DNA of 50,268 nucleotides, from assembly GCA_039588295.1 (NCBI GenBank), contig JBDHAB010000016.1:1-50268 (forward strand), written 5' to 3'. Under the pieces are notes generated by a model. The model ran no database searches. It worked only from the letters and a program-made list of their open reading frames with translations, and had not been told where the DNA came from. Within the stretch, counting starts at the first letter, position 1. Every line of letters starts with the position of its first letter. This DNA is from Gemmatimonadota bacterium. Lineage in GTDB: Bacteria; Gemmatimonadota; Gemmatimonadetes; Gemmatimonadales; GWC2-71-9. The translations under genes were made by a program, and so were the position numbers. Shown one piece after another: positions 16,529 to 25,789 of this stretch.

Positions 16529-17172
16529 TGGCACGATGGCTTCGCTGGGCCCCCGCCGTGGTGCTCGGCCTGGGCGCCCTCCTGGTGGTCGGCATCGACA
16601 CCCAGCGCAGCGTGGAGCTCCAACGGGAGCTTGTGGAAGTCTTCCCCGATTCGGTTGGCGGCTGGGGCGGGCGGGAAATCACGATGACGGACCTCGAGGT
16701 CGAGGTCTCCGGGGTTTCAGAGTACCATCTGCGGTTCTATGAAGCCCCCGGCACTGCAGCGGAGAACTCTTGGATCTCACTGTATGTGGGGTACTACGAC
16801 CGTCAGGTCGGAGGCAGGAGCATACACTCGCCGAAGAACTGCCTTCCGGGTGCTGGTTGGGCGCCACTTCAGTCCACGGTCATCATTCTGGAGACCTCGA
16901 CGGGTCCCGCCAAGGTGAACCGGTACCTGCTTCAGAATCAAGACCGTCTCGCCCTTGTACTGTACTGGTACCAGGGCCGGGGGCGCGTGCAGGCCAACGA
17001 GTATCTCGTGAAATGGGACCTGTTACGCGACGCCGCACTCCGCAAGCGGAGCGATGAGGCACTGGTGCGGATCGTCGTCCCCATCACCGATGGCGAAGAG
17101 AGCGCCTTCCTTCTTGCATCGCGTGCCGCAGCGGAATTCATCCCAAGACTAGCCACGGCACTCCCCTCCTAA
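16525..17172 (+). CDS. epsI: Exosortase-associated EpsI protein
   Basis: SLYVGYYDRQ, IHSPKNCLPGAGW, VLYWYQGRGR, SDEALVRI. ATGA overlap with the exosortase stop. Confidence 0.9.
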   Translation: MMARWLRWAPAVVLGLGALLVVGIDTQRSVELQRELVEVFPDSVGGWGGREITMTDLEVEVSGVSEYHLRFYEAPGTAAENSWISLYVGYYDRQVGGRSIHSPKNCLPGAGWAPLQSTVIILETSTGPAKVNRYLLQNQDRLALVLYWYQGRGRVQANEYLVKWDLLRDAALRKRSDEALVRIVVPITDGEESAFLLASRAAAEFIPRLATALPS

Positions 17173-17222
17173 CGAGACGTCGCGTGGGCGGTCTCCGTTC
17201 CCAGCCGATCGCATCTGGCGAC

Positions 17223-17240
17223 CGTTGCGTTACTGCAACA
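17223..17240. promoter_or_regulatory. Enhancer-like palindrome CGTTGC-N6-GCAACA upstream of the sugar-modification operon
   Basis: cgttgc gttact gcaaca. An imperfect sigma-54 site GAGCCCCTGTCTTGCG follows at 17322-17337. Confidence 0.6.
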
Positions 17241-17479
17241 CACCGGACAGACTGAGCCACGACAGGAGCCTCAAGCTGTTTTCTTGCTTGTATTTACGTT
17301 TCTGCCATTCCAGCCGGATTCGAGCCCCTGTCTTGCGTCGGGGGTCACCGTGACGTCTGCGCCATTGGCTGGACGGCACCGAGGCGAGGGGAGTAGCACA
17401 ACAGCGGGAAGAGGATGGACATGACCACGAGCCCACCATGTGAGTCGCACCGCACGCGCCGCAACGTCCGGAGCGGTCA

Positions 17480-18223
17480 GTGACGCACCACCCAGCGCCA
17501 CGTGACGTGGTCCGAGACGTCTACAACCAAATCGCCGGTCAGTACGCAGGACTGTACGAAGGGGAGGGACCGCTTCCACACTTCTACAACACACGCCTCC
17601 AGCTCGTTGGTGACATTCTCGGGCCGAAGCCCATTGGCACCCTGCTCGACGTGGGCAGCGGTCCTGGCATCGTGGGTGATACCGTGCGGGCACTCGGCTT
17701 CCGCTATATCGCCTCGGACCAATCGGTCGGGATGACTCGAGAGTGCCGGGATCGAGCGGGTCCCACAGGGGAGGTCGCGGTCGCTCAGGCCAGCGCACTC
17801 CCGTTCGACTCAGGGGTGTTCAACGTGGTAACGGCATTGGGTGTGCTCGAATATGTGGGACCGCTGGACGCGGCACTCGCCGAGTGTCGCCGGGTACTCC
17901 GGGATGACGGGAGTTTTGTCGTGTCACTCCTGAACAAATCCAGCCCTTTTCGCATACTCCAGAGTGTGCGCCGTCGTCTCGGCCTCGACCCGGATCCGAT
18001 CCCCCCAGCGCATTTCTCACAGTCAGAAGTCCAGAGGATGCTGTCGGCGGCCGGGTTCAGGGTACAGAGCGTGCGATACTTTGACTTCCAGTTGCTCCCG
18101 TTCGGCTTCGCCCAGAACCACCCTCGGTGGTCGGGGCGCCTCACGAGAGTCGCCGAGCGGGCGTCGTCTACGCCCCTGCGGTGGCTCGGTTCGGCAATGT
18201 TGATCGATGCATCGAGAGTCTGA
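17480..18223 (+). CDS. Class I SAM-dependent methyltransferase
   Basis: LLDVGSGPG, ALPFDSGVFNVV, GVLEY, RVLRDDG. Confidence 0.85.
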   Translation: MTHHPAPRDVVRDVYNQIAGQYAGLYEGEGPLPHFYNTRLQLVGDILGPKPIGTLLDVGSGPGIVGDTVRALGFRYIASDQSVGMTRECRDRAGPTGEVAVAQASALPFDSGVFNVVTALGVLEYVGPLDAALAECRRVLRDDGSFVVSLLNKSSPFRILQSVRRRLGLDPDPIPPAHFSQSEVQRMLSAAGFRVQSVRYFDFQLLPFGFAQNHPRWSGRLTRVAERASSTPLRWLGSAMLIDASRV

Positions 18224-18294
18224 TCCCATGAGGCGGTCAACCGGAGCTCCACTTCGACCCGCTCGGCATCCAGCTGCGCTTAGATAGGATCGCA

Positions 18295-19587
18295 ATGACG
18301 CAAAAACTCCTCACGAATGTGCTCGGGACCATTGAGCCGACGCCGAGTCCGCCGGCACAGGACGACTGTCGGTTCTGCGGTACCCGGCTGCACCACGTCG
18401 TTACGGACTTGGGAATGTCGCCGCTGTGCGAAAGCTACCTGCGCGAGGATCAACTCAACACGATGGAACCGTTCTATCCGCTTGTCGTGTACGTCTGCGA
18501 ACGGTGCTTCCTGGTGCAGCTGCAGGAGTACGTGCGCGGTGAGGAAATCTTCAGCGACTACGCATACTTCTCCTCCTACTCAGACAGTTGGCTGGATCAC
18601 TGCCGTCGGTACACCGATCAAATGATTTCACAGCTCGGTCTCTCGGGCGACGAGTTCGTCGTGGAGGTGGCCAGCAACGACGGATACTTGCTCCAGTACT
18701 TTGTCGAGCGCAGCATCCCCTGCCTCGGAATCGAACCCGCTCGCAATGTCGCCGAGGTAGCAGTCGCGAAGGGTATTCCGACCCTCACCGAGTTCTTTGG
18801 CGTGCGGTTGGCGACCAGACTTGCGCAGGACGGGCAGATGGCAGATCTCCTCCTCGGCAAGAATGTGCTTGCGCAGGTGCATGACGTGAACGACTTCGTT
18901 GCCGGCCTCGCGCTCCTCCTCAAGCCCAGCGGTACGATTACCATCGAGTTCCCGCACCTGCTTCGCCTGATCGCCGAGAACCAGTTTGATACCATCTATC
19001 ACGAACACTTCTCATACTTCTCTCTGCTTACCGCCGAGGCGATCTTCGCCGCGCACGGGCTCACGGTGTTTGACGTCGAGGAGATTCCAACGCACGGGGG
19101 TTCCCTTCGCATCTACGCACGACACGAGGGCGACGACGCTCGACCCGTGACCCAACGTCTGCTGGACTTGCGTGAGCGGGAGCTCGCTGCAGGAACGGCC
19201 ACCCTGGCGTACTATGCAGCGTTCGACGAGCAGGTGAAGGAGACCAAGCGGAAGCTCCTCGATTTCCTGATTCAGGCACGTCGCGAAGGGAAGACGGTGG
19301 CCGGCTACGGTGCTCCAGGTAAGGGCAACACCCTCTTGAACTATTGCGGTATCCGAACCGATTTCCTGGATTACACCGTGGACCGGAGTCCGCACAAGCA
19401 GGGCATGTTCCTCCCGGGTACTCACATACCGATCTACGAGCCGGATCGGATCTTCGACACGCGGCCCGATTACGTGTTGATACTGCCCTGGAACCTGAAA
19501 GATGAGATCATGAAGCAGATGGCAGACGTCCGCGATTGGGGCGGGCAGTTCGTCGTGCCCATCCCGGAGGTGGCGGTTTGTCGATAG
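18295..19587 (+). CDS. NDP-hexose C-methyltransferase family protein
   Basis: Zn motifs CRFC/CERC, DLGMSPL, EVASNDGYLL, FDTIYHEHFSY, THGGSLR, YGAPGKGNTLLNY, ILPWN. Confidence 0.92.
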   Translation: MTQKLLTNVLGTIEPTPSPPAQDDCRFCGTRLHHVVTDLGMSPLCESYLREDQLNTMEPFYPLVVYVCERCFLVQLQEYVRGEEIFSDYAYFSSYSDSWLDHCRRYTDQMISQLGLSGDEFVVEVASNDGYLLQYFVERSIPCLGIEPARNVAEVAVAKGIPTLTEFFGVRLATRLAQDGQMADLLLGKNVLAQVHDVNDFVAGLALLLKPSGTITIEFPHLLRLIAENQFDTIYHEHFSYFSLLTAEAIFAAHGLTVFDVEEIPTHGGSLRIYARHEGDDARPVTQRLLDLRERELAAGTATLAYYAAFDEQVKETKRKLLDFLIQARREGKTVAGYGAPGKGNTLLNYCGIRTDFLDYTVDRSPHKQGMFLPGTHIPIYEPDRIFDTRPDYVLILPWNLKDEIMKQMADVRDWGGQFVVPIPEVAVCR

Positions 19588-19681
19588 CATGTTGGGTCCG
19601 AGGGCCCGGGCACCGGCCTCGCAGTGGCATAGAACCTGCCCTTCGCCAGAGTCTAGACACCTTTCTCGAGGCACGCAGCTG

Positions 19682-20728
19682 ATGAACGTCTTGCTCACCG
19701 GTCACACTGGCTACATTGGCTCCGTGATGGCTCCGATGCTGCGCGACGCCGGCCACACGGTTGCCGGGACAGACGCGGGGTTCTTCGCTCACTGTACCAT
19801 CGGCGACCCGCCTCCAGATGGAGCAACGCACGCCGACATCCGCGATGCCGAGCCTGAATGGCTCCATGGCGTCGATGCCGTCATCCATCTCGCGGCACTG
19901 TCGAATGACCCGTTGGGGAACCTCAACGCAACGCTGACTCGCGAAATCAACCATCACGCGTCGGTCCGCCTCGCGAAGGCTGCCAAGGCTGCAGGGGTTG
20001 AGCGCTTCATCTTTGCGTCGTCATGCAGCCTGTATGGCGTGGCGGGCAGCGACATGCTGAGTGAAACGGCGCAGTTCAATCCGATCACTCCGTACGGCGA
20101 GTCCAAGGTGTTCGTGGAGCGGGACGTGGGGATGCTGGCCGACGATCGCTTCAGCCCGACGTTCATGCGGAACGCTACGGCGTACGGCTTTTCCCCGCGC
20201 CTGCGGGCCGATGTCGTCGTGAACAACCTCGTGGGGTATGCCTTCACTACGGGGGACGTGCTCATTCAGAGTGATGGGACGCCCTGGCGCCCACTGGTCC
20301 ACGTCGAAGATTTCTGCCGTGCCTTCCTCGCCGTCCTGGGTGCGCCACGGGAGATGATCCATAACGAGGCATTCAACGTCGGCCGTACGAGCGAGAACTA
20401 TCAAGTCCGTGATCTCGCCGACCTTGTGCAGCAGCTCGTCCCCGGCAGCCGGGTTCGGTACGCGGAGGGGGCCGGTCCGGATCCACGGAGCTACCGAGTC
20501 GACTGCAGCAAAATCGAGGAGACCCTTCCTGAGTACCAACCCAGTTGGAATGTGGAACGTGGCATTGTACAGTTGCGAGACGCCTTCGCGAGATACGGGC
20601 TGACCAAGGACCAGTTCCTCGGAGACCGCTTCTTCCGGATCAAACAGATCCAGCAGCTTCAGCGCGAGCAGCGACTGGACTCGGAACTCCGGTGGCGGGA
20701 TCGGCGGTTGGTCGATGGAGCAGCGTGA
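19682..20728 (+). CDS. NAD-dependent epimerase/dehydratase (extended SDR)
   Basis: TGHTGYIG, HLAALSND, SSCSLYG, YGESK, RNATAYG. Confidence 0.9.
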   Translation: MNVLLTGHTGYIGSVMAPMLRDAGHTVAGTDAGFFAHCTIGDPPPDGATHADIRDAEPEWLHGVDAVIHLAALSNDPLGNLNATLTREINHHASVRLAKAAKAAGVERFIFASSCSLYGVAGSDMLSETAQFNPITPYGESKVFVERDVGMLADDRFSPTFMRNATAYGFSPRLRADVVVNNLVGYAFTTGDVLIQSDGTPWRPLVHVEDFCRAFLAVLGAPREMIHNEAFNVGRTSENYQVRDLADLVQQLVPGSRVRYAEGAGPDPRSYRVDCSKIEETLPEYQPSWNVERGIVQLRDAFARYGLTKDQFLGDRFFRIKQIQQLQREQRLDSELRWRDRRLVDGAA

Positions 20729-20772
20729 TCAGGTGAGTCACCGGTCTTGGCCAGCAGCGTACCGAGTGCCCG

Positions 20773-22098
20773 ATGGTCGCCGATATCCTGCTCACTGAGC
20801 GGGCTAGGCAGGGTCGCCCGATCCGGGTCGGGCTCATCGGCGCTGGCGTAGCCGCACGAGCCATCGCCTTGCACCTCGTGGACTCCGTCCCGGGCATCCG
20901 GCTCGTGGGGATCGCCAACCGGACCGTGGCCAACGCCAGGCGCGCATGGGCCGATGCCGGTACGCAAGACGTGACGGACGTGTCTTCCCCGGAGGCACTC
21001 GACCGAGCGATCGAACGCGGCCGGCCGGCGGTCACCGGTGACGCCGACGTGCTCTGTGAATCCGCCATGCTCGACATCCTGGTGGAGGCCACTGGGACCG
21101 TGGAGCATGCGGCTCGGATCGTCAGTCGCGCCCTGGAGCGGGGCAAACACGTGGTCCTCGCAAACGCAGAGCTCGACGCGACAATCGGACCGCTCCTTGC
21201 CATCCGGGCACGAGAGCACGGCGTGGTGCTCACCAACACTGACGGGGACGAACCCGGTGTGGCAATGACGCTCCTTCGCTACCTGCGCTCGATCGGACTG
21301 CGACCGGTCGCCGCCGGCAACTTGAAGGGCTTGGTCGACCATTACCGGACACCCGACACTCAGCGCGCATTTGCTGATCGCTACGGCCAGAACCCGAAGA
21401 TGGCCACTTCGTTCGCCGATGCGACAAAGCTCTCGATGGAGGCTACGGTCCTGGCAAACGCGACTGCATTCCGGGTCGGCCAGCGGGGCATGTACGGCCC
21501 GGCGTGCGATCACGTGCGAGAGGTTGCCCATCGCCTGCCGGCGGACGAGATGCTCTCCCGAGGCCTGGTAGATTATGCCCTTGGAGCGGCGCCGTACACG
21601 GGCGCCTTCGTCGTGGTCTTCGAGGAGCAGCCGCTCAAGCGGGCGTTGTTCGAGTACGGGAAGCTAGGAGACGGCCCTTTCTACGTGTTCTACACACCGT
21701 TTCATCTTCAGCACGTGCAGATTGCCTCCACCATCGCGCGCGTCGTTCTCGAGGGCGACGCGACGGTGACGCCCCTTGGCGCTCCGGTATGTGAGACGGT
21801 GACCGTCGCCAAGCGCGATCTCCCCGCCGGCACCGTGCTGGACGGCATCGGCGGATTCTGCGCGTATGGTCTCGTCGACAACGCCGATCAGGCCCAGGCC
21901 ATGAACGCAGTACCAATGGGCTTGTCGGAGGGATGTCGCTTGGTGCGAGCTGTGAAGAGGGATGACGTCGTCTCGTATGCAGACGTGGAGGTGCCGACGG
22001 GACGTTCGATCGACACACTGAGAGCCGAGCAGGCACGCCTAATGGACGGCTCCCAAGAGCCCACTAGTGTGGATCTCAACACATCGAGGCAGGGATGA
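20773..22098 (+). CDS. NAD(P)-dependent oxidoreductase with a C-terminal SAF domain (homoserine-dehydrogenase-like)
   Basis: VGLIGAG, NAELDATIGP, DGDEPG, SFADATK, AKRDLPAGTVLDGIGG. Confidence 0.85.
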   Translation: MVADILLTERARQGRPIRVGLIGAGVAARAIALHLVDSVPGIRLVGIANRTVANARRAWADAGTQDVTDVSSPEALDRAIERGRPAVTGDADVLCESAMLDILVEATGTVEHAARIVSRALERGKHVVLANAELDATIGPLLAIRAREHGVVLTNTDGDEPGVAMTLLRYLRSIGLRPVAAGNLKGLVDHYRTPDTQRAFADRYGQNPKMATSFADATKLSMEATVLANATAFRVGQRGMYGPACDHVREVAHRLPADEMLSRGLVDYALGAAPYTGAFVVVFEEQPLKRALFEYGKLGDGPFYVFYTPFHLQHVQIASTIARVVLEGDATVTPLGAPVCETVTVAKRDLPAGTVLDGIGGFCAYGLVDNADQAQAMNAVPMGLSEGCRLVRAVKRDDVVSYADVEVPTGRSIDTLRAEQARLMDGSQEPTSVDLNTSRQG

Positions 22099-22889
22099 AG
22101 GTCGTCTTATTCTGCGGGGGCCTGGGCCTACGAATCCGCGACGAGAAAGAGAATGTGCCCAAGCCGATGGTCGAAATCGGTTACCGCCCGATCCTCTGGC
22201 ACATCATGCGGTACTACGCGCACTACGGTCACAATGACTTCATTCTGTGCCTGGGATATCGCGGCGACGTCATCAAACGCTACTTCTTGAATTACGACGA
22301 GTGTATCTCAAACGATTTCGTGCTCACCGGGAACACTCGGGACGTCGAGCTGCTCCGTACCGATATCCATGATTGGCGGATCACCTTCGTGGACACGGGA
22401 CTGAAAGCGAACATTGGAGAGCGTCTGGTCGCGGTGCGGAACCACCTCGAAGGCGAGGACATGTTCCTGGCCAACTATGCCGATGGCGTTACAGATCTTT
22501 CCCTGCCGGAGCACTTGGATCAATTCGAGCACAGTAGGAAGGTCGGTACCTTCGTCGCTGTGAAGCCGTCTTGGAGTTTCCACGTCGTCGACTTCGGAGG
22601 TGACGGCCTGGTTCAGAGTGTACGCCACATTGCAGACACCGGCGTCCGCATCAATGGGGGGTTCTTCGCATTCCGCCCGCAGATATTCGACTACATGCGG
22701 GAGGGAGAGGAACTCGTGCTCGAGCCGTTTCAACGCCTTATCGCGGAGCAGCAGCTGCTAGCGTACAACCATGACGGATTCTGGGCGTCTATGGACACGT
22801 TCAAAGAGCGGCAGCTGCTCGATGACATGTATAGCCACGGCGACGCCCCGTGGGCCGTTTGGAGAGCGGATGCGCCTGCTGACGCTTGA
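22095..22889 (+). CDS. Glucose-1-phosphate cytidylyltransferase family protein (RfbF-like)
   Basis: FCGGLGLRI, PKPMVEIG.RPILWHIM, CLGYRG, NYADG, INGGFF, FWASMDT. Confidence 0.9.
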   Translation: MKVVLFCGGLGLRIRDEKENVPKPMVEIGYRPILWHIMRYYAHYGHNDFILCLGYRGDVIKRYFLNYDECISNDFVLTGNTRDVELLRTDIHDWRITFVDTGLKANIGERLVAVRNHLEGEDMFLANYADGVTDLSLPEHLDQFEHSRKVGTFVAVKPSWSFHVVDFGGDGLVQSVRHIADTGVRINGGFFAFRPQIFDYMREGEELVLEPFQRLIAEQQLLAYNHDGFWASMDTFKERQLLDDMYSHGDAPWAVWRADAPADA

Positions 22890-23529
22890 CATTCCCTCGG
22901 ATGCCCCCCTCCACGTCTTGTGTATCGGCGCTCACGCTGACGACATCGAGATCGGCTGTGGGGGGACAGTGCGGCAGCTGGTCGAGCAGCGGCCGGGAAG
23001 CTCGGTGCAATGGTGGGTCGTAACCGCCGACGACAACCGCGAGCGTGAAGCGCGGACTGCGGCCGAGCGACTGCTTGGCGGTACCTGTCACCTTGAGATC
23101 GCGGTCTCTCGGTTCAGAGACGGCTACATCCCGTCGCAACTCGAAGCCGTGAAGGATGCATTCAATACATTTCGGCGCGACTCCGATCCGGACATCATTT
23201 TCACCCACACCCTTCACGACCGACACCAGGACCACCGAGCACTCGCAGATCTCACCTGGAACACGTGGCGTGACCACTTCATCCTCGAGTACGAGGTTCC
23301 GAAGTGGGAAGGCGACCTCGGTCAGCCGAACCTGTACGTGCCGTTAGACGAGGCCAGTGTGCAGTCGAAGCTGGACACACTGCTCTCTTGTTTCACCACG
23401 CAGGAGTCCAAGCTCTGGTTTGATGAGACGACGTTCCGCAGCCTCCTTCGTCTGCGCGGTGTGGAATGCCGGGCCTCCAGCGGCTATGCGGAGGCCTTTC
23501 ACGCCCGCAAGGTGGCGATCCGCCTGTGA
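22870..23529 (+). CDS. PIG-L family deacetylase
   Basis: GAHADDIEIGCGG, DRHQDH, YAEAF. Start at ATG 22870. Confidence 0.88.
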   Translation: MRLLTLDIPSDAPLHVLCIGAHADDIEIGCGGTVRQLVEQRPGSSVQWWVVTADDNREREARTAAERLLGGTCHLEIAVSRFRDGYIPSQLEAVKDAFNTFRRDSDPDIIFTHTLHDRHQDHRALADLTWNTWRDHFILEYEVPKWEGDLGQPNLYVPLDEASVQSKLDTLLSCFTTQESKLWFDETTFRSLLRLRGVECRASSGYAEAFHARKVAIRL

Positions 23530-24422
23530 GCGCGCCGCATAGATCCCCCCGGATTACCGTGGGCGTTCCCGTATACAACGGCGAGCGATTCCTGGCGGCA
23601 GCACTGGACTCGCTCCTGAGCCAGACGGTCGGTGACATGGTCATCCTGGTTGGTGACAATGCCTCGACCGATGCCACGGGCGACATCGTACGGGAGTACG
23701 CGGCGCGGGATTCCCGAGTTCGACACATCCGTCACGCCCAAAACCTCGGCGCGGCCAGGAATTACAGCGTGCTGTGCGAGATGGCCGACACGGAGTTCTT
23801 TCGCTGGCTGGCTGCGGATGACTGCTCCGAGCCGCGGTTTCACGAGGCATGCCTCGAGGCCCTCGCGCGGCACCGGGATGCGGTGCTCGTTTATCCCCGT
23901 ATCATGATGATCGATGGAAACGGCCGTCATCTGGAGGAGTACCGGGAGGGACTGCACCTGCCTCACGATCGTCCGAGCGAGCGGCTGTTCACGCTGTTGC
24001 GCGACCTCCGTCTCGTCAATGCGCTGTATGGCGTTGCACGCACGAGCGTACTCAAGCGTACGCGTTTGCTCGGCTCGTTCCGCGGATCGGACATCGTCTT
24101 CCTCGCGGAGTTGAGTCTCTACGGGAAGATCATCGAGATTCCGGAGTTGCTCATGCTCCGTCGCATGCACGAGGAGTCCTACACGAGCATGACACCCGAG
24201 GAGCAGCGCGAGTTCAACAATCCGGGGCGCCCGCAGACGCTCGAGCTCTACTTCTGGCGGCATCTGGCGGAGTACCTGCGCGCGGTCGCGCGCGCGCCGG
24301 TCTCCGCGCGGGAGCGGGCGCGCCTACTGGCCGGCTTGGCACGCCGTGTTGTGTGGTCCCGCGACGAGTATTTTGCCGAGCTCATGGCGGCGGTGCGGTT
24401 CCTCGGGCGCAGGAGCGCGTGA
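23526..24422 (+). CDS. Glycosyltransferase family 2
   Basis: VGVPVYNGERFL, DNASTD, NLGAARN, WLAADD. GTG overlaps the upstream stop. Confidence 0.9.
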   Translation: MSAPHRSPRITVGVPVYNGERFLAAALDSLLSQTVGDMVILVGDNASTDATGDIVREYAARDSRVRHIRHAQNLGAARNYSVLCEMADTEFFRWLAADDCSEPRFHEACLEALARHRDAVLVYPRIMMIDGNGRHLEEYREGLHLPHDRPSERLFTLLRDLRLVNALYGVARTSVLKRTRLLGSFRGSDIVFLAELSLYGKIIEIPELLMLRRMHEESYTSMTPEEQREFNNPGRPQTLELYFWRHLAEYLRAVARAPVSARERARLLAGLARRVVWSRDEYFAELMAAVRFLGRRSA

Positions 24423-25783
24423 TGGCACCAGGACCGACGATCGGGATCCTGGGACACTTCGCGGACGCCAACGTCGGGGACGACGCGTGCCCGACGGCGA
24501 TCCTGCACCACCTCGGCCGGCTCGTCCCCGACGCCCACTTCCGGCTATTCTGTCGATTCCCGGCCGTTGCGCAGGAGCGATTCTCCTTTCCCACGTTCCA
24601 CGTGCAGCGACCGCCGCGGGGACAGACGCGCTCGTGGCAACCACCGCCCGGTATCGTGGAGTCCTTCTCGCAGGAGCCTGCGCCACAATCGAGTCCCACG
24701 TGGCGGGCGCGGGCTCGGGCGATACCGCCCCTGCGATTCGCGGTCCGGGCGGCGCGGGCAATGCGGGAGCTGATGCCGCAGCTGCCTGCCGAGATCCGCT
24801 TCCTGTGGCAGTCGTACAGGCGGCTGCGTCGCATCGACCTGCTGCTGGTGGCGGGCTCGAACCCGATCTTCGACTTCTTCGGAGGTTTCTGGGGTTACCC
24901 GTACACGATGTGGAAGTGGGCCATGTTGGCGCGAATGACGGGTACTAAGCTCGCATTCGTCAGTGTCGGCGCCGGCCCGATCGTGTCCCGGCGCTCCGGA
25001 CGCCTGCTGGCTCGGGTGTTGCGCCGCGCCGATTACGTGTCGTTTCGCGACGAGGGGTCCAGGCGACTGATGCGGGAGCACGGCTTCGAAGGGCCCGCGC
25101 ACGTCTGTCCGGATGTCGCGCACGGACTGCCATTCACTCCGACCCTGCGGGAGGCGAGCGAACGGCTATCCGTGGGCATCAATCCGATGATCGTGTACCA
25201 CGGGGTGTTCTGGCCGGTCAGTGACCGCGAGCTCTATCGTCGCTACGTCGAGACGCTCGCGGCACTCGTTGCCGAGCTCGACCGCGACGGCCACGAGGTG
25301 TTCCTGTACGGCACGCAGAAGGACGACGCCGTCCCGGCGGAGGAGATTCAGGAAACCGTTCGCACCACCTTTCCGGCGGCCGCGGTACCTGAGTACCGGG
25401 GGCCGGAGACGGTCGAAGGGCTGTTGCAGCTTTGTGCCTCCGCCGACCTGCTGATCACCACGCGGTTTCACGGGGCGGTGTTCGGTGTCATGACGAGGCG
25501 ACCCACCCTCGCGATCTGCTACCAGGGGAAGACGCGCGAGGTGCTCGAGGCCGCGGGACTCGGGCAGTTCGCATTCGACTTCGAAGACGTGAATCTGTCG
25601 TTGCTCCGCCCCGCCTTCGATCGGCTGCGAGATCAGCGGGGCGAGATTCGCGCGACCCTCGACCGCCACGCCGAGCGCATGCGGGCACAGCTCGCCGAGC
25701 AGGATGCACGACTGGTTGCGTTGCTCCGGCAAACGGGTGGCGAGCCTGCCGCTCATCCGCCCGTGCCGACACGCCGAGGCTAG
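24422..25783 (+). CDS. Polysaccharide pyruvyl transferase family protein
   Basis: NVGDDA, SVGAGP, SFRDEGS, PDVA, TTRFHG, ICYQGK. Start at ATG 24422. Confidence 0.85.
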   Translation: MAPGPTIGILGHFADANVGDDACPTAILHHLGRLVPDAHFRLFCRFPAVAQERFSFPTFHVQRPPRGQTRSWQPPPGIVESFSQEPAPQSSPTWRARARAIPPLRFAVRAARAMRELMPQLPAEIRFLWQSYRRLRRIDLLLVAGSNPIFDFFGGFWGYPYTMWKWAMLARMTGTKLAFVSVGAGPIVSRRSGRLLARVLRRADYVSFRDEGSRRLMREHGFEGPAHVCPDVAHGLPFTPTLREASERLSVGINPMIVYHGVFWPVSDRELYRRYVETLAALVAELDRDGHEVFLYGTQKDDAVPAEEIQETVRTTFPAAAVPEYRGPETVEGLLQLCASADLLITTRFHGAVFGVMTRRPTLAICYQGKTREVLEAAGLGQFAFDFEDVNLSLLRPAFDRLRDQRGEIRATLDRHAERMRAQLAEQDARLVALLRQTGGEPAAHPPVPTRRG

Positions 25784-25789
25784 CGACTG

